In this document: piece by piece, positions 1 to 12,563 of the stretch
Layout: every line of letters starts with the position of its first letter
Position numbering within the stretch: position 1 is the stretch's first letter
NCBI GenBank assembly: GCA_037447605.1
Contig: CM074808.1
Coordinates: forward strand, 2,480,001 to 2,544,000
DNA: 64,000 bases
Direction of reading: 5' to 3'
DNA from: Zygnema circumcarinatum SAG 698-1b
Lineage: Eukaryota > Plantae > Zygnematophyceae
The notes under the pieces: model-generated
Database searches by the model: none
Told to the model about the DNA's origin: nothing
The model's input: the letters and a program-made list of their open reading frames with translations, nothing else
Made by a program: the position numbers and the translations under genes

Positions 1-102
1 ATTTTTGTTTTTTTTCTGGAGCTTTTATGGGAGATCGTCTCTGCATGAATAAATCCACTGATGGATGGATCCACTGATCTACGCAACTGAGGGCTGATGC
101 AG

Positions 103-3100
103 CTGACTCTGGCGAAGATGCTTCACGAGCAAGAGCAGGATCACCTTGTCAAAGACTGGCCACCTGCGGGAGAGGACAACGCTGAGAAGCACCGCTTTTT
201 TGAGCAGGTTTTGCTTTTTGTTTTCCCTCAAGCAAGCGCAGATTGATGGTTTTGATGTCAAGATTGGAAGTTTGTGCCTCAGAGTGTTGACGTGTCTGCT
301 TGAAGATTTTTTCTTTATGGGCATGGGAGCCAAATGTAGGTTGGTGGTGGCATTGAGCAGCTTGCAGTCTTCCTACATACACTTCCATGTGCATTTATTT
401 ATATCTGGCTTATTGTCTGACGTCCTTCGATTGTTATTAATGCTCGTGTTGACAGGTATCGAAGCTTGACGTCAGCTATCCTGGTGGTTTGAAAGCCTAC
501 ATTGCAAATGCGCGGCAGCTCCTCGCAGACTCCAGGGATGGCAAAAACCCGTTCGAGGGCTGGACTCCTTCGGTACTTCTGCACACATTTGAACTGCCCG
601 ACTTATGTTTCTTGAGTCAAGCGAGATGCATTAACCAAGGCAGGGACGACAGCAGCTTTAAGTTGGTTATGATGAGGCGTTTATGTATGAAGTTTTTGAT
701 TTTTTGTTGTCATTGGGCTCATTTGTAGCGGCTCCATCGAATCATAAGAACGAGCTAGCTTTTGATTATCAATAGAATCAACATGGTTTGTATTTTGCTT
801 TTTTAATAGTTATTGATTTCTCTATCCACTTTTAATAGTTCATGGTTTTTTTATACGATTTAATATTAGTTGTCCGTTTACCTGATTTTTTTATCTCCAA
901 CCACGACACTGCATAAACACCTGCAGACATTTCCTGATCGAAAATGTGTGCTATAGCTGTTTCAGCGGGTGTCAAGTCTCCATTTAGTAGTTGCATTTGC
1001 GTTTGCAAGTGCGCTGAGAGGGCGAAGTTGACGGAGGAAAAGTTCGATTCGGGTATTGTTGCTGTGCAGGTGCCGACGGGCGAGAAGCTCGTGTTCGGCG
1101 ATGAGGCTTTCATGAGCTTCGAGGCACGCGGCGTGCAGGAGGCGGGCAGCTCCGCCTTTGTGCTCGTGGCGGGGGGGCTGGGAGAGCGTTTGGGTTACAG
1201 CGGTATTAAGGTGAGAAGGGGGCTTTGCCGTTTGTTTGCATTTTAAGTCGCCTCACTATTGAACGACAACGTTGTGCTTGTTTTCTCGGTCCTATTGAAC
1301 CTAGCTAATGGTAACGGAGTTTGTAGCTTCTGCATATGCGTCAGACTGTTTTTTTTTTTTTCGCAAGCACTTCGGAGAGTTCGCGAGTTTTTTTTGGGTG
1401 GTCATTCTGTCCGTATGTCTGTTGCCGTGCAGCGCTATGAGGTGCATAGCTTGTAAGAGGCATGGCTTGGTGGCTTTTTACAATGAGCATAAACCTTAAG
1501 ATTAAAATGTTTTTCAAGTTTAATTACTTTTATAGTCTAATATAGTTTAAGTTACCAACTCTCACTTTTTTCCCTTGGCCTACCTTGTAATTTATCCATC
1601 CAATCGTTCCAAGGGTGTTGGAGCTCTACTGCCTGCTCGCCCATCTACTGTGGAAAGTGTAGAGCGAGTGACTCTCAATGTCGATTCCGCTATCGAGTTG
1701 GCCTGACTTGTGCTACTTTGTTTTCCCACGCCAGGTTGCCCTGCCTTCCGAGACAACCACTGGAAAGTGCTTTCTGCAGCTTTACATTGAGAGCATTCTC
1801 GCACTGCAAGAAGCGAGCTATAAGGTCAACCCTGGTGAGTGAACCGCCATCATTTGGCGGCTTGAATCAGAGCTACACCCTTTCCTGCAGTTTAGCAGTG
1901 CGGGGCTCTTGCATATGTATACAGTTTGATCTACAATTTACTTGTAACGTTTCCGACATTCGCTTCAAGACTAGTGAATGAAAATCCTAGCTGCATTGCC
2001 TTCGAATTTTTGACTATTGATTCAGTTGATGCCAACCGGGGACAGTCCCATTGGCTGTTCTTTCTACAGACCCGTTAGTATGGGCCGTCTGGCATGAGCC
2101 ATCGTTCTCCCCATTGTCCCCGCAGTGCAGATTAGTTGTTGGCCAAGTATTCTAAGTTTAAAATGAACTTGCCTCAATCTGGTCAAGAAAAGACTTTTTT
2201 ACTTGTTGTACTACTCTAAAAATGAAGCATAACCAAGTCAATCTGCCACAAATATTAGTTACCTGTGGATATGGCACTTCCTGTTAGAACTATACTGTGA
2301 TTACACGAATTTAGATAAAATGGTAGTAAACAGATCACCAAAGTGGAACTCAATAAGCATCCTCCTATCTGAAACATAGTTGTGGGATACAAGAAGGGTG
2401 GTATAGAGGTAGATCAAGTCATGGGACAAGCTACCCTTTCTAGCAATTATCTTTTTGCGACTTCTTGCGAGGCGATGGGCTCCTCGTGGACTCTGCGCCG
2501 TAGACTTTGGGACCTAATGAAGGATGATCTGATTTTGGAGAGTGCAGACGGTGAGAAGAAGAAGATTCCTCTCGCCATAATGACCTCCGATGACACGCAC
2601 GCGCGCACTCTGACCCTTCTCGAGTCGAACAGCTATTTCGGGATGGAGACGAGTCAAGTTACCCTCATGAAACAGGTGTGCAATGGGCTTGTAACTCCCA
2701 CTTCTCTGGGAGTTTGTTGTTGGCCCTTTGTCTTGTTAAAGAATTTAATGCATGTTGGAATCGCTGCCCATGTTTTTATTGAAGTGGACTTGTTTTTGTC
2801 AGTAACATGTTGTGGGGAAGACAATTTTGTTTTGAAGCTTGTTGTTCGGAAGATTATCCGTATGCGCAAAGTTGTTTGTCCGCATTTATTAAAAAGAAAA
2901 AGAATTCCCATGAAATAAGTAAATCGTTGCGTCTTATTGGAAGTCAGACCATCGTCATTGGACTACGTGATTGCGACAATGGGCAGCAGGAGTGATGCCT
3001 CTCCTCTCAGCTGTCTATGTATTGATCTCATTCTTTCTGTTAGGCTTATGGTTATAGCGTATTTGGTGCTCGCAAGCATGAGTGGCTGCAGGTTTGAACT

Positions 3101-6100
3101 GTGCTTCATTTAGAATACACTGAGAATGAAATTGTGGGATTTGGAGAGGATGGCTCGCTTTGCCATTATTTCCCTCTCTGAACTGTCTGTCATGTTCGGG
3201 TTTCCTTTTGGAACGCCCTGGCGCTGCCAAAGTGAAGAAAAAATTGACGTTGTTTCTTGCACCCTTCCATGAATGTTGTATGGTGCATGTTTGAAACAGA
3301 CGTGGAACTTGCAAGCAGGCACTTACATACGTGGCTGAGGTCTGTTTCCTGCAGGAGAAGGTGGCATGTCTCGCAGACAACAATGCTACTTTGGCAATAG
3401 ATCCGAAGGACAAGTACGCTGTTCAGGTATATATACTACTCAATAGTATGGTGGTGTATTCCAGCTCTCAGCAGTCGAGACCTCAACTGGGTCTCTCTGC
3501 ATTGTTTGAGTATGGGAGAGGCAGGAAAAAGGGGGGGGTCAAAGTAGGCACCTTACACATTGACCGATGATGGAGCTAGGGCTGCCACCACTTGGCTAGC
3601 AACTTACCGTAGATAGACATACTTTGCTTTGTTTGCAGACCAAGCCTCATGGGCATGGAGACGTCCATGTCCTGCTTCACCAGAGTGGTCTCCTGCCCAA
3701 GTGGTATGCGGCTGTTGACCTGCTCCTATTGTATGGCTTGCTTACGTTGTATTCAACACCACTTGGCCAGCATTAGTGCCACTGCTTATATCATAAGGAT
3801 CTATCCTTGAGAGATCAAGCTGAAACGGCTTAGTTGTAGCAAATCTTTCTGTGCATGCTGTGATGGCAAGTTGACTTCGTTTTTAATCGGCATTGTGTTT
3901 GGCTCTTTTTGACATGGCAGGGAGAGTGCTGGGATCAAGTGGGTCCTTTTCTTCCAAGACACCAATGGTCTGCTCTTTAAGGTGAGTCCTTTCACTCTCG
4001 AGCGTTCAAGAAGCTGAGGGTTGTACATATTGAGGGAGGTTTGCACGACTGGTCTTTTTACAATTGTTTGAAATCGTCGGAACGTTAACTTTTGAAGGGT
4101 GGTCCAGGCCATTCCCTCATCCCTCGGAGTGAGCGCTGTGCGGGACTTCGATGTGAACTCGCTCACCGTTCCAAGGAAGGCGAAGGAGTCGATCGGAGCC
4201 ATTTCCCGCCTCACGCACTCTGACGGTATGGCCTGCACTTGCCCTTGTTGCACACTTCAATTTTTTTTTTTTTTTTTAACTTAAGAATGCACGGTTGGAT
4301 CTGCAGCTTGTCAGGAAAATGAAACAAATACAGAAACTGTGGAAGGAAGGGGCCCTTTTCATAGATAGGAGTATCGCTCTGGTTTTGAAATTGCAGGCAG
4401 AGCAATGGTGATCAATGTTGAGTACAATCAGCTTGACCCGTTACTGCGGGCAACCACCTTTCCTGAAGGAGATGTGAATGACGAAACCGGCTTCTCTCCG
4501 TTCCCTGGCAATCTAAATCAGGTACATTTCAGCTACTCGTCTTATCTGGATAGAAGTGAAAGCCTTGCACTCGTTGCAATGCTACTTCATCAAACATGAT
4601 TCCCGCTTGAATTCTGTAGAGCTGCTTGAACTCCTTTCGTCTCACAGCCTAAGTCCTCCGTTTAGCGCCGTGAGTCATCTCCTCATTTCAATATTCCGTG
4701 TCTTAACCCCTCTTCATCAAGGTGGTTTCATTTCAAGCAAGCTTCACAGAAGATATTTACAGTGAATGTCATAGTCCATGCCCTTCATAAGGTTCAGGTG
4801 CCCTTAACCCAACGTGAGTCTAGTGGAGGGAGGGGATGTTTTAGTCTTTCCACAATTAGGCGGGTCATAAGCTCACATATCCTATCGCCGTGCAATAGCG
4901 CAGGACTAGTTGTGTTTGACGTTGTTCATCCAATCACTTAGCGTCTGCTATAACGAGAAAGCCCTGATCGTTCATGTTCACAGACCGCCGGAATGGACTC
5001 TCTTCCTTTCTGCGCATACTATAGCACACATGCTGTGACTGTCATCTCGTTGTTAGAACTTGGATCAAAGAATTTTTTCTTTCCGTTTGTCTGGAATAGT
5101 GGGAGAGGGAGACAGTTGAAAGATGTTCATTGTACTGCTAAAATTGGCTGTCCGGCAATACTGTGTGCATGCCCATGACGGGAAGTTGTGTGAACTTTGA
5201 TTGCAGATAGTTTGTCAAGCATTTAGCAAGCCAGAATGATTGCAACTCTGTGGACTCTTTCTTTAGCACTGGGCTCTGTGATCTGTAGTCACATTCCCAC
5301 CATCAGGATCATCATCAACGAGTGCAATTTAGCTGACAGAGTTCCATCTTTCTGTTACTGATTTTTTGCAGCTTGTACTCAAGCTCAAACCCTACTTGGA
5401 AGAGCTCAATCGCACTGGCGGACTCATCACTGAGTTTGTGAACCCCAAGTGGGTGCTCCTCATCCCTTGCTGGATTTTTTTTTTCTGAGACGGTTGTATT
5501 GATATGGCACGTTTGTAATCAATAAGATGTTGAGTGCTGCTGGTGTGCAGTTTGTTCGTAGAATGAACTTGAGAAATGTGAGACAATGTTGGTTTCCCAA
5601 CAGCACGGATTCGGGTTCAGAGCGTCCTTGAATTCCATGTCGTTATTAAGATTTGAAGAATGTTCGACCTATTTTTAGCTTGCGACGTTTCTGATACTGC
5701 ATGGCTTTGGAGGGTGCAGGTATAAGGATTCGACGAAGACTGTCTTTAAGTCATCCACCCGCCTTGAGTGCATGATGCAGGACTACCCCAAGTCCCTTGC
5801 GGCATCAGCGAAAGTTGGCTTCACTGTTTGTGATGTCTGGCTAGGCTATTCGCCAGTCAAGAATAACGCTGCTGATGCAGCTGCAAAGGTGTTGCTTGTT
5901 TTCCTCACCATGCCTACACTTTGTCTAGACTTTTTGAGCTCAAGTGTGCTACCATTTCCATGCATGGAACATAGGTTTTGACGGAACGGATCTATCTGGA
6001 TTCAAACCACATGAGGAACTGGTTGTTCTCCTCTCCTCAGATGTGGCAAGCACAAGAACTTGAATGATGCTATTTTGTGTGTTACACTCTAGCCTCCATT

Positions 6101-6911
6101 GTTCCTGTTCTGAGATAAGTTGTGCGTGAGATGCGCAGCTGGCAAGCGGTACTCCTCCGCATAGCGGCACATCTGGAGAAATGGACATCTATAAGGCCAA
6201 CTCCCTCATCTTTCGCCAGGTATTTCTTTGTCCTTCATCTGCATAAATTCTCTGCCCTCGAGCTAAACTCAGTGATGGTTTGGTGATCGAACACGTCTTC
6301 TGTCTAGAATGTCAATTGCTAAGCACTATTGTGCAAGTGGTTAAACCCGTAAAACAATGTGAGAGCTGTCCCGTGTGGTTGCCACAGGCGGGTGCGGATA
6401 TTGCGGGCCCAGCGATGGTGGAGTTCAACAAGCAGCTCGTTGAGGTCTGGCCGCGGATCGTGTGGTCACCCACCTGGGCGCTCACCTACTCTGATGTCAA
6501 GGCCAAGGTGCAGAAACTGGCAGTGAGCCAGAAGTCAACGCTTGTCTTGGATGGGGCCAACATCCTCCTCCAAGATGCTGAAGTGGATGGTGCTCTCGTT
6601 GTCAAGGCAGCGCCGGAGGCCAAGGTGCGTTCTGCATTGCCGATGTGCTGTGGGCCGCAGCAATTGAGATGGAGCTCTATATCAATTTGCATTGTAGTTT
6701 GCTGCGTTTTGATGGATTTGGGGGGCGGTGGCCGAGGCTATAGGTTATTTTGGCCGGCCTGAAAGTCGCCAACAAAGGATGGCTGCTGGAACCCGTCGAC
6801 AGCGAGGACACAAGCATTCCTGAAGAGATTCGTGTGCGCGGGTTCAAAATCGTGAAGGAGGAGACGAAGGAAGTTTCCGAGACGTCTGCCGGTGAATATG
6901 TCATATCGTGA
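103..6911 (+). CDS. USP: UDP-sugar pyrophosphorylase, multi-exon, 5' end lies before the window
   Basis: GT-AG exons 103-207, 456-572, 1070-1210, 1735-1834, 2548-2675, 3355-3426, 3639-3703, 3921-3981, 4108-4225, 4397-4521, 5372-5448, 5720-5888, 6139-6219, 6388-6624, 6744-6911 join in frame. Family motifs [69 protein letters not shown]. Confidence 0.95.
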
Positions 6912-7674
6912 ATCATGTAACCTCGTCAGTTGGTTAACCTGTTGCCTTCCAGTTTTGAACACCGTTGCGAGGCGTAGTCAGTGATTCAAAGCCGGGCTCG
7001 ATGCACTTGTGCTGTGATTGACCAATCGATGTCTTAGAAGCAGAGTTTCACCTGTTTGTGTGTATATGAAGCCTACAGAGGATCCAGCAGCAGCGTTCTG
7101 AAAATTTGTAGCTGAAGACGCGGATTCGGGCCACAGTAGGAGCAAAAATTCAGGATTTTACAAACGGCTCATTTGCTATTTGTTTTTGTTTAGACTTAGC
7201 GATGTAATCTAAATGAGCCACGAGCCACAGAATTTGGCGGAGTTCATTGTATGCACGGGTGGGCTTACATGTTTGCTCTCTCTGAATGAAATGCTTCTTG
7301 AATTGGCAGGTTGCGCTGTGCTAACAAACAGCGCTAACATATTATTTGTTATTATTTGTACTAACAAATAAGCTCGTGTACACATCAGTGAAACACGTTG
7401 CATATGGGCGGAAATACCAGTAACATGCTCATTATTGCCTTATTCATGTGTAGAGCCGTAACAAAAGGTCCACACCTTTTGAAGACCATACAGATAGCTA
7501 ACATGAACAATCCGTAAGAAGCAAATGAATCTTACAATCGAACAGTGGACTAAAACTTCAAGCTCCACGACGGTATGGTTACAAGAGCCTTTGTTCCAGA
7601 AACTACCTCTGAATGCTAGGCACAAGCTTATGAGTTGAAGAGGATGAAAGGAGCTGCACATGCGCATAGAGCCT

Positions 7675-10600
7675 TCAGAGAACCTGGCGCTTGCGTGCAG
7701 AGTTCATGTATGGCCGAATCACCCACTCGTTCTCCGCTTCTGCTTGCTCCATTGTTCCGAGCTTTATCTGGATGTTGGAAAGAGAGCAGATCATCACTTC
7801 GTGCTCTGGACTGCCAGATTGCTTCCTGCTTCTTACAGCACACAGCTGGACCGCAAACAGGAATACCCGCCGACTCCCTGGCCAGACAGAGAAAGGAACC
7901 ATTACCTGGTACAGTCTAAGCTCGAATCTGGGTCCAACCTCTTTCAATTCTAGTGACGCCGCTCCCTTGGGCTTGTCATAAACATGGTGCCTGCGTGCAT
8001 TTCACATAGAAAAACAGGCACATCTCTCATTTGACTCCCACATTTCCATGCTCACCAAGTCTTTCTATGATGATTCCAGTACAATTCTGACACCTTAGCG
8101 TTAAGGGAAGGTTTGCAGGAGACTGGCAAAAACCTACGAGTTTTCTATGTCAAAGACTAAGAGCCTTGCAGAGATCGACGCACCGGAAGGAGACGTAATC
8201 CGACTGATTGGCAAAAGTGATGATCCGCTTGCTTTCGTCCTTTGGAACGGGAAAAAGGCTTTTCAAGATAGTGGCGGTGCGCTGCCCCAACTGCCGTGCA
8301 TGTCCTTGTGTCAGTCGCTGCATGGCCTTCTACTTCAGAACAACCGTGACAGCACCTCCGCAGAACAGACTCAACACCTTGAACCGACCCCTCTTGATGA
8401 AGCACAACGAGTGTGTACATTCATCTACACACCTAACTCCCTGGTCATAAAGTCCCATTCAATTTGGAAATGTTGTTCTAACCAAAGCAGTACCTTGGTG
8501 TTGAAGTTGTTAAGAATCAGGTGCGGATACACCTCCGACATTGTTCCCAAAGTTGCCTTGTCTTTGATGTCATGACGCGTCACCTGTATCTCCACCACCA
8601 TGGCTTCTTTTTAGTTTGCACTGCCTTCAATGTGAATGCGAAAAATGTTCACCCAGCAATTCGTGCCACCTGCAACCAGTTAAGAAGAAAGGGGAGAGGG
8701 ACGGGGGGAGCCTGGCTTCCTCTATTTTGTCTTTGGATGTTCTTCCTCATTTCAAACTGAAAATAAAAAGGTTCTGCCTTCTAAAGAAGTAAGTAAAAGC
8801 ATCTATAATGCACGACAGACATACCACATTGAGTAGGCCAAAATAGGCCGTTGGACCGTATGGCAGGTGGCACACAACAAGACCATCAGGTTCGCCACGA
8901 TGCTCGTGCACCATCACAATGTCCGTGAACTCATTGGCCCTGCAGGCCTCCACTATCTCCCGCACCACCTGCACATGGCGACACTTTCACTGCTTATCAG
9001 CTGCAGAAACTGCTGGTTACGGGAAGATGCCTCGTAGGGCGAATACTCCCCAGAACAGTTGTGGCAAAAATGAAAAGAAAGAATTCCAAAATCCACTTCT
9101 CATCCTTACGTAGGAAATAAACTTGTAATCACAGTGGAGTTGAACTGACAGGACCACAATGATTGTTGTCAAGAGGATGGAGCAGCGAGGCAACAGCGTA
9201 GCCAATCTCCAGGTGATACTCGCACACATAATCAGGCCTTACTTAGTCATGGCGAGTAAAAGGTCATTCTGCTAAAAACTAGATATCCTCACGAGCAAAA
9301 GTAAGCTGCACCTGACCTCCACGATTGATCCTTTGGGCGTTCGGGAAAACAATCTTCAATTCCTGTACAAACACGGTATAAGAATGCAGTTCCTTGTGAG
9401 CTGCAGCATTCTAAAACCTGTTCCCTGGACCATGGAGAAGCCAAGGCGAGCTAAATGACCACAGACTCGCTGTCAAGTAATACGCGATGCTAGCTTCCGA
9501 CAAATGAACCTTCTCCGCATTGATGAACCTAGCTATAGCTTTTTTAGAAATGATAGTCCCTTGTAGGCTTAAAACCTACCTAGTCTAGAAACAGGAACAA
9601 ACGAAACAACTTGTGGCTTCTTACTGCGTCCGCACTGTGTCACTATCATTGCTCATCGAATATGAGAGAGGGGAGAGGGGAGACTTTCACTCCAAGCTGA
9701 AAGTGGCAAGTTAATGCATCACTGCATGTGCATGAAACTGCAGAATGGCTTCAGGAAGAATAGGTTGAGTGATTTTGAGGCTTTAAAGCAAAAAGCTTAT
9801 CTGTTTATCCCTATCATCCAACATGTAGAGCACAAACTGTTGACCTCTGTAATCAAATTTCCACAAGGTCTGCGGAAAACCTAGCATCACTAATGAAAAG
9901 GTCACGCACCTTCACAAATTGTATAAGGCGACTGCTAGGGTCTCTTGACGTAGTAAGCAAGATCTTGGGATCCACCTCCCCAACACGTGCATACTCATCG
10001 TCTATGTGCGTCTTAGGGTCTGTACCAAACGAAAGAGGAAAATTAAGAAAAAGGCATCACTCGTGTCACTCAACCGACAACCAGTCGCTAAGTTCTTGAA
10101 GCTCTTCCTATCAGGCTTCAACGAGAAAAAATCTGAATTGCACTCTTGGAAGTTTCTATGGTTCACTTGTAGAGCAGGTCTATCTACCAACTACCATCTT
10201 CAACGTTCCAGATTGGTTGAGGCGAATAAAGTGGATTTGATTGAAGAAGGAAAAATAAGTGTAGTCGTGTTCTAAAAAGTTATGAGCTAAAGCTGCTCAT
10301 TCTATTATTATTAACAGACTCCTGAACGACACACTTGCCTTGCCCTGCTTAAGCTTTCTTACTTCTCGACAACCGAACATGTAGAAAATTATGCTTTTCA
10401 AGCGGCACGACATTAGGGCAGTGTATGAGGACACAGACGAAGGTTACGAAAAAAGTGCGATAGTTTATCCAAACAGACTACCTAAACCGTCATGCAGAAT
10501 AAGGAATGCATGGTATTATGCCCCGACAAGAATATGTACATATGGTAAACCTGGCAGCCTTCTAATTTTGCCGTTCTACAGCTTTTCACAGACAAATTCG

Positions 10601-11356
10601 TTCATTAATACAACACAGCTAGGCCAAAGCTACAAGGAAGCCGTGAAGTACGATGTCGGCAACCTACCAGCCGTGTTCTCATCCTCAAGTCGTATCTCCT
10701 CTCGCAGCGCTACTGCTTCATTTCTCAACTCAGTAGGAATAGGCTTGCCCTCTGAGCAATACAACAATCGCCACTTCGCCTTGCAGTCAGTGGTGAAGAA
10801 AAACAGCCGGGTGAACGTTGTCGCGGTCAACGTATAACATTAACGGGGGAGAACATTTCAATGTTAAGCAGAGATGTGTGCGAACTCCTTTAAAACCTCA
10901 TTTTTTTTTGTCTTGAATGCTTTTCAGCATAGATGCAACCCATAGACATTTTTTATAGTTGCACACACTGGTGGTGGCATCAGAAACATGCACTTCCGGA
11001 AGTCATATTACTTCTTAGTGTGAGCCATAACACCTGAATTTGAAGCAAGACCGTGACGCGTAGCAGCACAGCTGCGAGAAGAATGAGAATGACCAGCAAA
11101 ATCGAGTTTGAAGAATCTCTTTAAACTGGTCCATTACTAGCAATTCAGACACATTTCGCCTCCCTGACCCCGTCGGACCTACGAGGAGTGTCCCAACATA
11201 AACAGCTTTGCAAGCGACAGCAGGAGATGAAAGCAGTCACCGGCCTTGTAGAGCCTGGCGAATTTTGCGTTTTTTCTCGTAGATCAGGCGTTCCTTGCCC
11301 TCCAGGCTCTTTCTGAAGAGGTATTCACGCCGCAGCCGAGCGTTGCGCCGCAGCAT
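7675..11356 (-). CDS. IMP4: U3 snoRNP protein IMP4 (Brix domain)
   Basis: 9 exons: 11356-11245, 10751-10668, 10019-9910, 9362-9312, 8968-8825, 8583-8494, 8290-8184, 7990-7906, 7767-7675. Motifs [72 protein letters not shown]. Confidence 0.95.
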
Positions 11357-12563
11357 CTTGAGCTCTGCGAGGCAGCGTGGCGGGTACAGCGCAGGGCTGC
11401 GCAGGGCAGAGCAGTGCAGGAGGAGAGGGGAGGGGAGGGCGGCTGCGAGAGGACAGAGGGTGCGGCGGTGTGACCTCCGCCTCCCTACCGGACCGTACCC
11501 TAAAATTGAAGCCCTCCCTCTCGCCCGCCTGCCTTTGCGCCTCCGCCCATGGCCCTTAGCCCTAACTAGAGTCGTACATTTTTCCGTACATGTGACTTTT
11601 AGTGTTTTATATTTCAGATTTAGAACGTTCGAATGTCTAAAAGTTTCAGAGTTTTATAACACTTTTAGAATGTGTGTACAACCATTAAATTTGAACACCA
11701 CCAGCTTTAACTACGCTCGCGCTGACCGTACAGTTTGGCCGTACGCGGTGCAGCCGTTCTACTGGCCGGCCATTCTAAAAGTGTTTTGTAAAACGGCCTG
11801 ACTTTTAGAATTTTTGATTGGAATGTCAGTTGTTGTTGTCAATTGGTTTTTGTCTTCTTCCCTTTTCTTCTGCTTCTTCTTTGAGCCCTAACGGCGCCCA
11901 ACGGTACGGAACTTGGGGACGCGGTGCTCTCCTTGCCTGACTGCTGATTAGAGCGAAAAATGGACTGGGCGCGGGCCTCACGCATGCACGCACACGGGGG
12001 CGAAGATAGGGGAGGAGACAGAATGAAAGTACTGCTCGCGAGGGAAAGGGAGCGGAAGCGGAAGGGAGGAAAGCTTCGAGAGGACCTGTTCTATGACAGC
12101 AACGTTTCATGGGCTGCTACATTCCTTGCTTCCTTCCTTCCTTCCTTTCTCTCCCTTCAGACATTCTGACGCTCTTGGGTGTTCTGCAAGTGCAAGGTGG
12201 TGCTTGTATTTCGTATCAGGCGAGAAGCCGCACACAATCAAATGCCTCTGCTGGATACAGCCAGTGCCATCAAGCGGCTCGAGTGCACACATGCAAAGCC
12301 ATGTTGAGTCAAAGACTTTTGCCAACGGAAGGTGGCCATGGCGGTCTTGTGCTTAGGCCTGGCATAGCAAAGAGATTGAGCTTTTTTTTTGAGACATGTA
12401 CATCTTCAAAATCTCTGGAAGACAACCCTCCATCTGCTTCGCATGTGTATTGCAGCTATATGCGCCACTAAAGACCAGTGATTCAATACAACGGCATCCA
12501 GAAAGTTCTAAACCATTTTGCAACTCAGCTGCAACCACAATTGGTTCGTTCTGGCATTTGACT

